NCBI RefSeq assembly: GCF_001194135.2
Contig: NC_069005.1
Coordinates: 30,212,486 to 30,276,485 of the forward strand
Source: Octopus bimaculoides
Lineage: Eukaryota
Direction of reading: 5' to 3'
Length of the DNA: 64,000 nucleotides
Shown here: positions 24,068 through 37,400 of the stretch, one piece after another
Layout of the letters: the number at the start of each line of letters is the position of its first letter
Position numbering within the stretch: position 1 is the first letter of the stretch
Program-made: the position numbers and the translations under genes
The notes under the pieces: generated by a model
Told to the model about the DNA's origin: nothing
Database searches by the model: none
Seen by the model: only the letters and a program-made list of their open reading frames with translations

Positions 24068-24455
24068 AGGAGGCGCTGGTGTTTTTGCGTGGTAGTTTAC
24101 TTCCCAATCACATTGTTATGGGTTCAGTCCCACTGCGTGACACCTTGGGCAAGTGTCTTCAACTATAGACTCGGGCCAGTCAAAGCCATGTGAGTAGATT
24201 TGGTAGACGGAAACTGAAAGAAGCCTAACTTATACATATTTGTGTGTGTGTGTGTATTCCTCCCACCATTACTGCTTGATAACCGTTGTTGGTGTGTTTC
24301 AGTCGTCGTAATATAGCAGTTCGATAAATAGAGAACAATAGAATAAATACGAGGCTTAAAGAAAAGAAAAGTACTCTGGTCGATTCATTCGACTAAAAAT
24401 TCCTCAAAGCGGCGCCCCAGCATGGCCGCAGTCTAATGATTGAAACAAGCAGAGA
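24068..24455 (+). mobile_element. Near full-length SINE family A (CORE-like)
   Basis: tRNA-like head (GGGTTCAGTCCC), GTGACACCTTGGGCAAGTGTCTTC CORE-like segment, microsatellite spacer and tail. Head-only copies at 15270-15405, 31735-31890, 42340-42440(-), 44410-44530(-), 48680-48770 and 61975-62135. Confidence 0.85.
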
Positions 24456-25468
24456 TAGATAGAGAGAGAGGGAGAGAGAGATTGGAGTTAGCAATTAAGC
24501 GAACTAATTACTAAGTGGCAATCAAGATTGCCTAATTAGTTATTATTTTTTTTTAGGCAGAGTGGAATAAACCTTAGTCAAACCTAAATTTTTACGAATC
24601 GCTACTGGGAATTTCCCGTTTCCGTTCTCAAGAAACGAGAAAGGTTAATGGTTACATCTTGACCCGAAAAAAACCCCAAAAAAACTCCAAGCACAGATCC
24701 CAGTATATCCAACGCTGAATAAATTATAATAAAATTGTAATTTATCACTGAAACAACACCGAAAATTCATTGGGAAAGTTCGCTTGTGTGTGTGTGTGTA
24801 TATATATATAATTAATATAGACAGCAGTTGGCAGTGTTTCACCAAATCGCCAAAGAGGAAAACTATAATTGTCACTAAATGTGACTAGGGTGTTAGGAAC
24901 ACTTACATTCCTAGAAATAAGAGCTAAAATGTTCTAACGCCGTAGTCAAAGCACATAAATACTGACAGAGAACTGTAATCGTCCGAAAACACCGTCCGGG
25001 AATTCCTTATACTGACCGGTCAGTATATATATGGTGATTTTGGGGACTAACGGGTATTTGTCAGTTAGTTCTGTAATCTATCGCTTCCCAGTGAGTCGAC
25101 GGAGATTATACATACACGAGCGCATGTGTTAGTGAGATTTGATTCGATCAACCCAGTGGAAGTTGACAACTTTCGTCTGTCTGTCGCCTACGCTTCGAAC
25201 CATGCTGATGTGCAGCGGGAGTGGAGCTGAGGAAATGAATAGCCATAGACAGAAGGTCGGAAACGTCTTTGATAACGAGGAATCTCAGAGATTCGGCAAT
25301 CAATCATAAAAGATGGACCAATCACCAAATCAACATATATAAATTTTGATCACGAATCAGTACATTGTGTGTGTATGCATGCATGTATGTAGTATATATA
25401 TATATATATATATATATATAAGCAATGTTAATTCTCTAAATGAAGTATTAACAGTAACTGCACGATAA

Positions 25469-25563
25469 AGTGTAGTATATTGCCACTTAAGTGTGGCTGA
25501 CACCTAGGTCAGTAACATCCACCCCTAGGGGTCAGCCACACTTAAGTGGCAATATACTACACT
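25469..25563. repeat. Compact inverted repeat (hairpin or small MITE)
   Basis: 40-bp arms AGTGTAGTATATTGCCACTTAAGTGTGGCTGAC(A/C)CCTAGG with one mismatch and a 15-nt loop. Lies next to (TA)n and a gap. Confidence 0.8.
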
Positions 25564-25890
25564 ATATATATNNNNNNNNNNNNNNNNNNNNNNNNNNNNN
25601 NNNNNNNNNNNNNNNNNNNNNNNNNNNNNNNNNNNNNNNNNNNNNNNNNNNNNNNNNNNNNNNNNNNNNNNNNNNNNNNNNNNNNNNNNNNNNNNNNNNN
25701 NNNNNNNNNNNNNNNNNNNNNNNNNNNNNNNNNNNNNNNNNNNNNNNNNNNNNNGTGTTGGAGAGACAAGTTACTGAAGAGATTGCAAGAGTGCAATGAA
25801 ATAATTTAACAAAAAACTATATAAATTAATAAAGGACTGAACCAGTGCGTGTGTTTATTACCGGCATAATGCCTCTCCCAAGGTTTAATC

Positions 25891-25933
<43 letters not shown>

Positions 25934-26902
25934 ATATATATAGATTTGCATGTATGTATTACATATTCGCTTCAAGTTAGTTGAGAAATTTCTCTCAACT
26001 TGTCTAAACGTACAGATGCGCACACAAATAGTTACATAGATTATACAGATTTGATTAAAACATCGATCGACTGGTCGATAGACATACAAAGAGACAAACA
26101 GACCACCTTGTTTCGCATTTATATGCTTATTCTGGTGTATGTATGTAGATAGATAGATAGAGAGAGATTCATAGAAAGACTGAAAGAGCGATAAATAGAT
26201 AGTCTGAGACAAACAAACAAAGAAATCGATTAACACTTTCTATCCTAAATGAAGAACTTACCTCCGAATCTGTGTCCATGGCTTTAAATAATCACTTCAC
26301 AAATATCAAATATATTTGTATATTTTCTTCACACTAACTAACACACTCAACTAAAAACTGTGTTCGTCCGCTCGGACGGACGGACGTAAGCAAGCAGTTG
26401 CTGTGTTGTTCTTTTTGTAATTCTGGTAGTTTGCTATCGTATTCGACAGGGTGTTAGTATAAGTGCATCTAGCGGTCTGAACCTATATATATATATATCG
26501 CTGCTGTTGTTCTTATAAGTCAATGTAGTGCTGATTATGGCCGCTTTTATTCAAGTCATTATTCATTCAGTGTTACTCGATGTCGTGTGTTGCTATCTAT
26601 TGTTTTTTTTTGTTTGTTTGTTTCTTTTTTTTCTTCTTTTTTGTCTTTTACTTGTTTCACTCTGCGACCCTGCTGGGGCAATCACCTTCTTGAAGAAATT
26701 TTAGTCAGACGAACCGATGACTCCAGTACTTATTGTTTTTCGTTTTTAAGTCTGGTACTTATTCTGTCGGTATCGTTTGCCGAACTGCTAGTTGCGGGGA
26801 CGTAAACACACCATCGCCGGCTGTCAAGCAGTGATGACACACACACACAAAGGGCTTCTTTCAGCTTCTATCTATCTATCTATCTATCCATCCATCCATC
26901 CA

Positions 26903-26933
<31 letters not shown>

Positions 26934-27139
26934 GCCTGCCTGCCTGCCTGCCTGCCTGCGTAACTCAACCTTCACTTTCACCATCGCCACTTTCACCAAC
27001 ACTACGACCATCACCACCAAAACCAAAACCAAAACAATCACCACCATTCCCACCTCACCAGCTTCTTAATGACCACTACCACCACTACCACCAACAACAA
27101 CAACAATATTAACAAGATTAGCAGCTCAAAATGAAATAA

Positions 27140-27284
27140 GACAATGGCATGAGATAATATGGGAGTATCTGAGTGTATCTTAAAAGTTGAATGAAATGCT
27201 TTTGATCTCAGGTCAATGAGGATTGACTTGAAGCTAATCAGCTACAACAATACAATTAAGAAGAACACTACCACTACTACCACC

Positions 27285-27319
<35 letters not shown>

Positions 27320-27945
27320 GAACACTATCTCCCAGCATCCCTAAATCACCCAACACTACCTCTACTACTACAATTATTATTATTCAGGTCACTGCCTGGA
27401 ATCGAACTTGGAATCTTGGGGTTAGTAGCCCGTGCATTTTAATCACTATGCCATATGCCCACCCCCAACAAGTGGTCATGGGAAAGAGAAAGTAGAGCAT
27501 GCAGTTATTGTGGATCAGGTGAGAGGTACAAGGAACAAAGTGCCCATGAACCTGGTAATATACTGTAATTCCTGTACAGTATATTACCAGGTAATCATAC
27601 TCTAGTTTCTCACCCCCACCCCACAAACACACTCACATACACCTTGTTGTATTGACATACAACATCTGTAGCTACAGTCATTGTAGTCACGTTGATACTG
27701 TTATTGTCATCTCCAGTTGATCCTTCAAAAGTTGGTGGGTTAATAGTGGTGCTAGTGTTGATTGTACTGATTTTGGTTATGCTGGGGGGTATTGTTGGTA
27801 GAGGTGGTGATGGTCATATTGTTCTTGTTAATTGTATTGCTGTTTTTGTTTAGCCTCAAGTCAATTCTCAATGACCTGAGATCAGAGTCATTTCATTTAA
27901 CTTTTAAGATACACTTGGACACTCCTATTTTATCTCCTGATTGGC
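27140..27945. repeat. Diverged inverted duplication (arms ~27140-27350 and ~27760-27945)
   Basis: GTGTATCTTAAAAGTT.AATGAAATG...TGATCTCAGGTCA.TGAG.ATTGACTTGA.GCTAA..A...ACA.CAATACAATTAA.AAGAACA is present in both orientations. Similarity continues into the flanking low-complexity DNA. Confidence 0.75.
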
Positions 27946-29279
27946 TTTTATTTAAGAAACCACATTTTGCGATGAGAGCAAGATGGAATTGTTGCAAAAA
28001 GCCTTTGTCAGAAAGAAAGAAAAGAAAAAAAGAAGCCAACTCTAAATGAAAGTGAAAATGGAGATATAGAAAACCCATTATATCGAACTCTGCTCCCACC
28101 ACAACCACCACCACCATACCAACATAACCAACACTCACAAGGACGAGTACAAAACAAAGAAACAAAGAAACTGCAGGAACAACAACAGAAATAATTAAAC
28201 AAGCTGAAAAACACATAAGCCCAACCCATCTCCATTACTGAATTCTGCTCTAACCACCACCCTCATGACAACAAAACCAAGTACTCACATATATGACCAC
28301 AACTACATAAGAAAGCATAAAAAAACAACAACTGCAGGAACAATTAAACAAGTTGACAAACACACAGCCCCCCCCCCCCTGATTCCTTCCCATCAAGTTC
28401 ACTGTCCATTGAAAGAACAACAGCGATTTGATGGAGGAAGTCATCAAAATTAAAATTTCTACAAAGAGACGTCTTTCACTGAACTGCAGTCAAAAACTCC
28501 TCGAGACACACAACGAATACAAATTCACACAAAATAAAGCGAACATGTCCACTGACGTTGGGTCATTTTCGAAAAGACCTAACAAAAACGTTTTAGATCC
28601 TTTTGTGAATGCCACTTCAATTTAAGAGAATCTCAGTTCACATGCACTTCTAAAGAACCTCTTTACTTGTTCTTTTCTAGTCATACAGTTGTATGTCATA
28701 CAAATGTATGTTGACAAAGATCGGCCCGGAAGCACTGTCATTTGCTCAGCAGCCTAATCTTATGAGAAGAGTGTTCGATTGAGCAAAAAGAAAAATTATC
28801 AGTGCTACTGAGAGTTATCTCCCCTGTCTTGTAATTGTGTTTCCGACAAGAAAGCAATAATTTAGTTATCGGCGTCGATTTAAAAGCTGACTGTAAGAGA
28901 ATGTGTGAAATAGCTTTTCGACTTTTTACTTTCTCAGGTCCACTGTCTCACTGGAGTAGAGTTTTGCTCCCCACTCCTCATTTTGTCGATAAAATATGGA
29001 AATTAACGTCGACGATTGCTGTTATTGTACCATTATGTTGTTAAATGGTCGCATCAACGAAGACAGGTTTTCGTTGCATTCATGAATACAGAAGTAAAAC
29101 AGGAAGGAAAAAAAAAACAATTTACATTAGGAAGTTATTTAATTGTAATTAAGAACCCTGGAATAAAAACAGATTAATATTTGTATTCATTTGCCTGTCG
29201 AAATAGGAAGAATTTTCTGGTAGCGATGAAGACTGAACGAAACCATGTCAATAAATACAATTACACGGCTAAAATAAAT

Positions 29280-29536
29280 ACATTGCGGTAGTTAGTTACT
29301 TACTTTCATCTTTCTAGTTCAAATGCGGCCGCGATCAGCTTCATCTTTCATCTCTCAATGAAATAAATACTAGTTCAAACATGAGGGAGTTAATTTAATC
29401 AGCTGCACCTTGCATCTCCAGAGAAAATAAAGGGGCTCCTTTTAATAAATAAAAAAATACGAAACTAGAATATCGTGTGTTTTGTTATGTAAAAGCTGCT
29501 AGCTCCGTTCGAAGATTGGTTGCCTGACATGAAAAC
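29280..29536. promoter_or_regulatory. Putative IARS2 promoter/5' UTR, possibly bidirectional
   Basis: Non-repetitive, locally CpG-containing (GCGGCCGCG) region directly upstream of the ATG, with a minus-strand consensus donor AAA|GTAAGT at 29304/29303. Confidence 0.4.
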
Positions 29537-29776
29537 ATGTTGGTTACGATCTCTCGCACGCGGCTCCTGGGTTTTGCCGAGTCGCTGCACTCACGTTTCA
29601 CCCCCAGCTTGCACTCTACCCGGGGGTACAGCAACAAGAGACAGGACAGCAATGAGAGCAATAACGAGGGTAGTGAGAAAAAGAAAACGAATTTATTACT
29701 CAGCCTTCCCAAAACCAAACTGACCTTAACGCTTCGCGACGGAGCCGCTGCTAAGAGAGAAAAGGTTATTCAAGAA
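29537..29776 (+). CDS. IARS2: IARS2 exon 1
   Basis: [32 protein letters not shown]...[14 protein letters not shown]...KVIQE; donor GAA|GTAAGG. Confidence 0.88.
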
Positions 29777-30074
29777 GTAAGGAATCACATATCACTTACG
29801 TTTGTTGTAATAATGTTGATGATTTCTGGACTTAGGTACAAGGCCAAGGATATGGTAGTGGTGATTTCCCGTGTTCCCCCTCCCTTGTCGCTACCTTATT
29901 ATTTGATTAAATACTTTATTTCATCGACCTTAGAAGGGTTGAAATCATAATCGACATCGGCAGGATTTGAACTCTGAACGTAAAAGAACGTAGCATAACT
30001 TTACGTGAAGGGGTCTATCATGCTTCGATTGCTTTCAGCAACCAATTCACTTCGATCTTTATTATGATGACAAC

Positions 30075-30122
<48 letters not shown>

Positions 30123-31325
30123 CCTTTCTACTATGGGTACAAGGCCTGAAATTTTAGCGGGTGGAGGGTTTGTTAATTAAATTGACCCTAGTTTTTTTTT
30201 TTTACTGGTATTTTATTTTATCGACCCCAGAAGGATGAAAAGCAAAGTTAACCCCGGCGTATTTGAACTCAGAACGTATTTTGTCAAATAATTGTGGTTT
30301 CTAAAATGCGTGGAATATTTGGAGGGCGGGAGCTCGTTGATTCACACCCGACTCCGGAAATGATGAAAGGCAGCGTTGACCTCGGTAGGAATTGAACTCA
30401 GAACGTAATGGGTTGCAACCGAATTTTGCCTAATTAAAGCTTACCGTCCATTAAATCAACCCTAGCTTATTGCTGTTATTGTTTTGTTTAGCCCCAGGTG
30501 AACTCCGATCCAGAATCCCTACGACCACAAACCTTCCACCCGTGACCTTCCCGTTGAAGCTCCCTCATTAGTTTGTGTCTGTTGAAGTTGTTTAGCTCCC
30601 AGGCCAGTTCTGATTGAGCAGAATTATAATCAAAGGCGTTCCGGCCGTGAGCATCCTGTGAAAGGTTCCTGTTTTCATTTTGGTACATCGTCGTCGTCAT
30701 CATCATCATCATCATTTAACGTCCGTTTTCCTTGCTGGCATGGGTTGGACGGTTTGACAAGAGCTGGCAAGCTGGGGAGTTGCTCAGGCTCGTTTAGTTG
30801 CGACATAATCAATTGGTGTTATTGGGATGAAAAGAACTGTTGATTTTCGTGTGGCTTGAATTCAGCAGCTCTAAGCACTGCCAGGCATTTCTGTTTTCTT
30901 TGCTTCACCGTTTCTGTCAAGTTGCTGCCCTCATGTGAGCACAAGATCTGAAATTAGTCAAAAGTGGGTCACAATAACAATAATCACAATGACACCACCA
31001 CTATAACAACCTGGTCTCTATCTGTGTCTTTTCTTTTTCCTTTGTACTTTTTGAGTCTGGAGGAAGAGTCACTCTCATGACAATCACCGACCCTCCCAGA
31101 CTAGTGAGATTAATGCCCTGTCCCTTTTGAAGCTTTCTAATTCAACTCAACTCATCTCATTTCAATCAGGGCTTCATTAATCCTGAAGGAGGGATCCTTC
31201 ACTGGACTTCTTTCACTACTGTTTGTTTCTGGCCAGCCATGGCCATGTAGGCTCCAGATAGTGGGTGAGGTCATCTTGCTGTCTTTGTCTTGGTTGGTCT
31301 CTTGGTCTTGTCCATTGTCTATTAT

Positions 31326-31369
<44 letters not shown>

Positions 31370-31399
31370 AATATATATATACATATATATTATCATTAT

Positions 31400-31441
<42 letters not shown>

Positions 31442-34400
31442 ATTATTGATATATTATTGATATATATATATACATACATACAACATTGCTTTCTTCTTTA
31501 TTTTTGCTAGAAAACTGGTTTTTCCAAACTTTATGAATGGCAAAGAAACCAGGAACAACGACCAGAGTTTGTTTTACATGATGGACCTCCATATGCCAAT
31601 GGATTACTACATGTTGGGCATGCTGTCAACAAGGTAACTAAAGCAGTAAATATATTCTTTCTCTTTCATATCTATCTGTCTGTCTGTCTATCAATCTGCC
31701 TGTCTGTCTATCTATCTCTTTATCTATATCAGTGTAGGCACATATGTGGTTGACTGTGTGGTTAAGAAGCTTGCTTCCTAACCGTGTAGTCTTGGGTTCA
31801 GTTCCACTGTGTGGTACCATGGACAAGTGTCCTCTGCTATAGTCACGGGCCAACCAAAGCCCTTATAAGCAGACTTGGAAACTGAAAGAAGCTCATCATA
31901 CATATGTAATGTATGTATATGTGAGTGCGTGTGCATGTATGTATATATCTTTGTCTTGACATCATTTGATGGTTTGCAATGAGTTTCACTATCATTCGGG
32001 TGGTGTTGTGTGTTTTCAGTCTTCCATGAAAAACATGTCTAGTCATGCAGAAATATTGCCTTGCTTGGAAGCAGGTGATGGTTGGTGACAAGAAGGGCAT
32101 CTGACTGGAGAAAATCTACCTCCACAAATTCTATCTGACCCACACAAGCATGTATTCATATGTATGCATATGTATGTGTGTGTGTGTGTATGTGTGTGTG
32201 AGTATCTCTTTGCCTTGACATCACATGGTAGTTGTAAACAAGTTTCACTGTCATCCAAGTGGTGTCATTTGTTTCCAATCTTGTGTGGAAACACGTCTGG
32301 TTATGGAGAAATATTACCTGAGTTGGAAATGACTGAGGGTTGGTAACAGGAAGGGTATCCAGCTGTAGGAAATTTGCCTCGACAAATTCTGTCCAACCCA
32401 TCCCAGCGTGGAAAAGTGAATGTTAAAAACGATGTTGGCTTTTGCCTGTGGTTTTCAAGATAGTTTCGGTTTTTATTTATTGAACAGATTTTAAAAGATA
32501 TTGTGAACCGCCACAAACTGCTAGAAGGGTACAGAATTGGATATCGCCCAGGTTGGGACTGCCATGGATTGCCCATTGAACTGAAAGCCATCAAGCAGAA
32601 AGACAATGCAGTGAATGATCTTCGTCCATTGACCATCAGAGATCGAGGTAAGGTCTTTTGTTTTTTTTTTTTCCTTCTTCAGAGTGTGTTGTTGTTGTGT
32701 AACTCGCAATCACTCCACACACTCATATGCATCCACATAGTTATTTGTATGCACACATTCGCATACACATATACACGCCCGTTCACTTTCACACACACAC
32801 ACACACATTCACTTATATACACATATAGATGCATGTAGTCATGTAGTCATTCACGCACACACACATTGTTGTATGTAGTCATTCACACACACACATACAC
32901 ACACACTTGCGCACATACACATAACTGTTATGTACAATCACACCACAGAACTCACACACACTTAAACTCAAAGGCATTCTGGCCAGGCCCATCCTTCCAT
33001 TTAACGCATACCTAAGACTATTTTATCCAACAAAGCACAACAGCATATTTTGAGGTGGGGAATTGCTATTTCCAGCTAATTAAGCAACCACATAAAATTT
33101 CCCATGTTGTTTCATCACCATTTAATGTCTGTTTTCCATGCTGGAATGGGTTCGGCAGTTTGGCAGGGTCCAGCGAGTCAGAAGACTGCTCCAAGTTCTG
33201 CTGTCTGTTTTGGCATGGTTTCTACTGCTGGATGCCCTTCGTAATGCCAACCACTTTACAGAGGGTACTGGGTGCTTTTTTTTTTATGTGGCACCAGCAG
33301 CAGTGGTGTCCCCAAGTAATTTGCAAGACAAGACAAGATCCTCCTTTACTGAGTGGGGAGTAGTATTGGGGACAGTAGAGGAGAAACATGATTACCTTTG
33401 GGAGAGAAAGAGAGAGAGAGGTGAATATATTAGTGAAGTTGTCTCATGATGTATTATATTTCCTGGTTGTTCTTGCAGCTCGAAAGTTTGCAAAAGGAGC
33501 CATCAAGCAACAAAAGGCCACATTCAAAAGGTGGGGTATTTTAGGGGACTGGAACACACCTTATTTGACCATGGACCCAAAATATTCCAGCTGTCAGCTC
33601 AATGTTTTTTACAGTCTCTATAAGAAGGTAAGTGATCAATGAGCATTGTATCGTTTATCTTTTCCTTTTTTTTTTCATTCGTTGGGCAGTGGCCATGCTG
33701 GGGCACTACCTTGAAGGGTTTGATCCAACAAATCGATCCCAGTACTTTTTTATTTATTTTTTTAAAGCCTGGTACTTATTCTTTTGGTCTGTTTTGCCAA
33801 ACTGCTAAGTTATGGGGACATAAACAAACCGACACTGGTTGTCAGGCAGTGGGGGACGTGGACAAACACAAAGACACACCACGTGGCAGTACGACCGCAC
33901 CAGACGCTACTGCTCGGCAGACTGAGGGTTGTATCAAGTGGCTTCTAGCACCGAAAGCCTAAAATGCAATGGGCTTGTCCCACAGACGATGTTTCCGGTT
34001 ACTTTTGGGTACCTCTTTGTATATAATACATATATAATGCAGAAACACTCTGCAGACTGTAATAGTCAATAAAATAAAAATAAAATTTTAAAATTCATTC
34101 TTTCTCTGTGTTGTGGTACCGAATCACTCATGGACTGGTGCTGGTCTCTGGCCCGGTGATTGGGGGAGGGGGCTCCTGCCTTTACCCTTTAACATTCAGA
34201 TTACTCTGTCAAATGTCATGTTTATTTATCCACATTCCTTTTGAATTAATTCTGCCTTATCTCATAGTTTCAAGATTCCAACGAGGTGATTGTTTATTTT
34301 TAGAATGACATTGTAGGGTAGGTGCGAGAGGATGAATCTGGCCAGTTTGATCAAAAGTAGGTAGAATATACTAGTGCTGAATATGGCAGATTAAAATTCT

Positions 34401-37400
34401 AAGGGGATTAAGAAATGTCCATTCACAAAGAAAAATTTCAAAATGTCAACTATTTTAATTTTATTTATTTCATTTTTAAATTCTTTGCTTATTTTTTTCA
34501 CCTCTGACTTTGCAAAAAAAAAAAAAATTAATAAAAAAAAACCCCCTAAGAAAACTAAAACCTATTCATGTTTTTCTTTTTAATCCTAATTTTACTTGCA
34601 GGGTTTAATTTACCAAGATTTTATGCCAGTATACTGGTCTCCATCATCAAGGTAATCATCTTTTTTATTAACTATATTTCATTTTCTTTTACTGGTTCCA
34701 GCAAATTTGGCAGTGGCCATGCTAGAGCACCATAAGTACCACCACAACCACCCGTCACCCAGCTTTCAATGGTTCTTCACTGCCAAAGCTGTGTATAGAC
34801 CAATGCTTTGCCATATGCGTGTAGCAAGAATATATTTCTCTGATTTTTTTTTTGTTTGTATTATTTGTAGATTAAAGTTAAACATCGATTGTTTATATCG
34901 GTGGTTCTCATTCTTTTACCTGTGGACCCCTTTGATCCCTTTTTTACTCAGGTGGACCCCATAGGCATTTGATGTTTAAAAAATCTTATTGAATTTTTAA
35001 AATTAAACATGCAAAGTGGTTGAGTTCTTTTCGAGTGTTGGTCCTCATGGAGGCAATGGCCAAGACCTTTGGCATTATGTCGTGCTTGAGAAGACGCCCC
35101 ATCAAGCCGAGCAAAATCACAGTCATGGCAGACACTGGTGTCATGCAAATTGACACCCATGCTGATGGCACATAAACGCACTCTGGTGTCACGTAAATGG
35201 CACCTGTGCCGGTGGCATGTAAAAACACCCATAACACTCTCAGAGTGGTTAGTGTTAGGAAGGGCATCCAGCCATAGAAAACCATGCCAAATCGGACTGG
35301 AGTCTGGTGCAGCCTTCCAGTGTGCCAACCCAGTCAAACCATCCAACCCATGCCAGCCTGGACAACGGACGCTAAATGATGATGATGATGATGATGATGA
35401 TAATGGTTAATTGGAATTGTATTAAAAAATTGTTAGCATAGTTTGATCTACAAGGGAGATTTTAGAAATTGAAAATAAACTAAAAAGTAACTTAAAGTAA
35501 TCTCCCTTGTAGATCACACGCCAAAGCAGCACCTACAAATACACACACATATAAATACACAACCACCCCTCCACACACACACACACAGATAATAAATACA
35601 TACATTCACATGAGTACGGAAACAAATGAGCCAAATCGTTAAATCGTTTGATCGCTGGAATCTCTCACCTTTCTGTTTAACTTTCCAGGACAGCACTTGC
35701 CGAGTCTGAGCTTATTTATAACACCAAACATGTCAGCCAGTCACTATGGCTGACATTTGATGCTCTAACGATTCCAGAGGGTTTAGTACAACTGAGTGAA
35801 GGTATGGAATTTCATTAATGTCTTCTTCTTCTTGCCATCGCTTCCACTAAAAATGTTGTCTACTTTGAAATTAAATTTTGATATATTATACATACATATA
35901 TATGTGTGTGTGTGTGTGTGTGTGTATGTTTACATGTATATGTGTCATCATCATCATCATCATCGTTTAACGTCCGCTTTCCATGCTAGCATGGGTTGGA
36001 CGATTTGACTGAGGACTGGTGAAACCGGATGGCAACACCAGGCTCCAGTCTGATTTGGCAGAGTTTCTACAGCTGGATGCCCTTCCTAACGCCAACCACT
36101 CAGAGAGTGTAGTGGGTGCTTTTACGTTCCCACTACACTCTCTGAGTGGTTGGCGTTAGGAAGGGCATCCAGCTGTAGAAACTCTGCCAAATCAGACTGG
36201 AGCCTGGTGTTGCCATCCGTGTGTGTGTATATATATATATGTATATGTAATCATCATCATCATCACCATCATATAACATCCTCCCTCCATGGCTTTCATC
36301 CTTTTAAGGTTGATAAAATATGTACCACTCCAGTACTGAGGTCAGTGCAATTGACTGGCTTTCTCCCTGCAAATTTCAGACCTTGTGTCTGTAGTAGAGG
36401 GAAAAACTGTTATTATTATTATTGTTATTGAGTGAGAGAACAACACCTGCCATCAAAGTGACACTGGGGTACAAATATACAAAGCCCAATATACCCATCA
36501 TGACTACCCGTCTGATGAGGGTACGCCAGGCACATGCATCAAAACCATATGTGTGTGACATGGTGATCTCATATCAGGATAAACAGTGCATGACCTTGCA
36601 GGTGGGGCCCAGTTAGAATTTTCATCAGGTCGAGTAGCTCATCCCACTCAAACGGTCCCTGAATAAAGTTTGTTTAAGGATGTTGAACAAAACATCCATA
36701 TTTCCAGAGGTGAATTATTCAAACCTCAAAGAATTCCTCTCAATACATGGCTATGATTCTCCTCCACTACTTCTACTCGTGATCAGAGATGCACATGTCA
36801 TCAGCCACTGAGGGACATGCTCAACTGGTTAAGGTCAAACAACTGACAAGCAAATCTGTGGTATTGAGCAGAATATTTGCTGTAGACCATCTTTTATACC
36901 AAGATAAAACAATGTACATGATAACACTTCCAATCAGTTAAGATCAGAAGCCATGAGAGCCACTGCCTGGCACTGCACCAAGGCATTTTATTATTATTAT
37001 AAATTATTGATAAATATACATATCATTATTAAAGCGGTTCAATTAGGGTGGTGACCTGGTAGAATCGTTAGCACACCAGGCAAAATGCTTAGTGGTATTT
37101 CGTCCATCTTTACATTCTGAGTTCAAATTCTGCTGAGGTCGACTTTGCCTTTCATCCTTTCAGGGTCGATTAAATCAGTACCAGTTACGCACTGGGGTCA
37201 AAGTAATCGACTTAATCCCTTCCCCTAAATTTGAGTCCTTGTGCTTCCAGTAGAAAGGATTATTAAACAGGTTCAACAGCGATAGCTTTTCATGTTTATA
37301 TATTTCTGTTTTTTAAGGCAAAATACTGAAAAAACCTGTTAAATTATTTGTTTGGACCACCACACCATGGACGATTCCAGCCAACCAAGCAATTTGTTTT

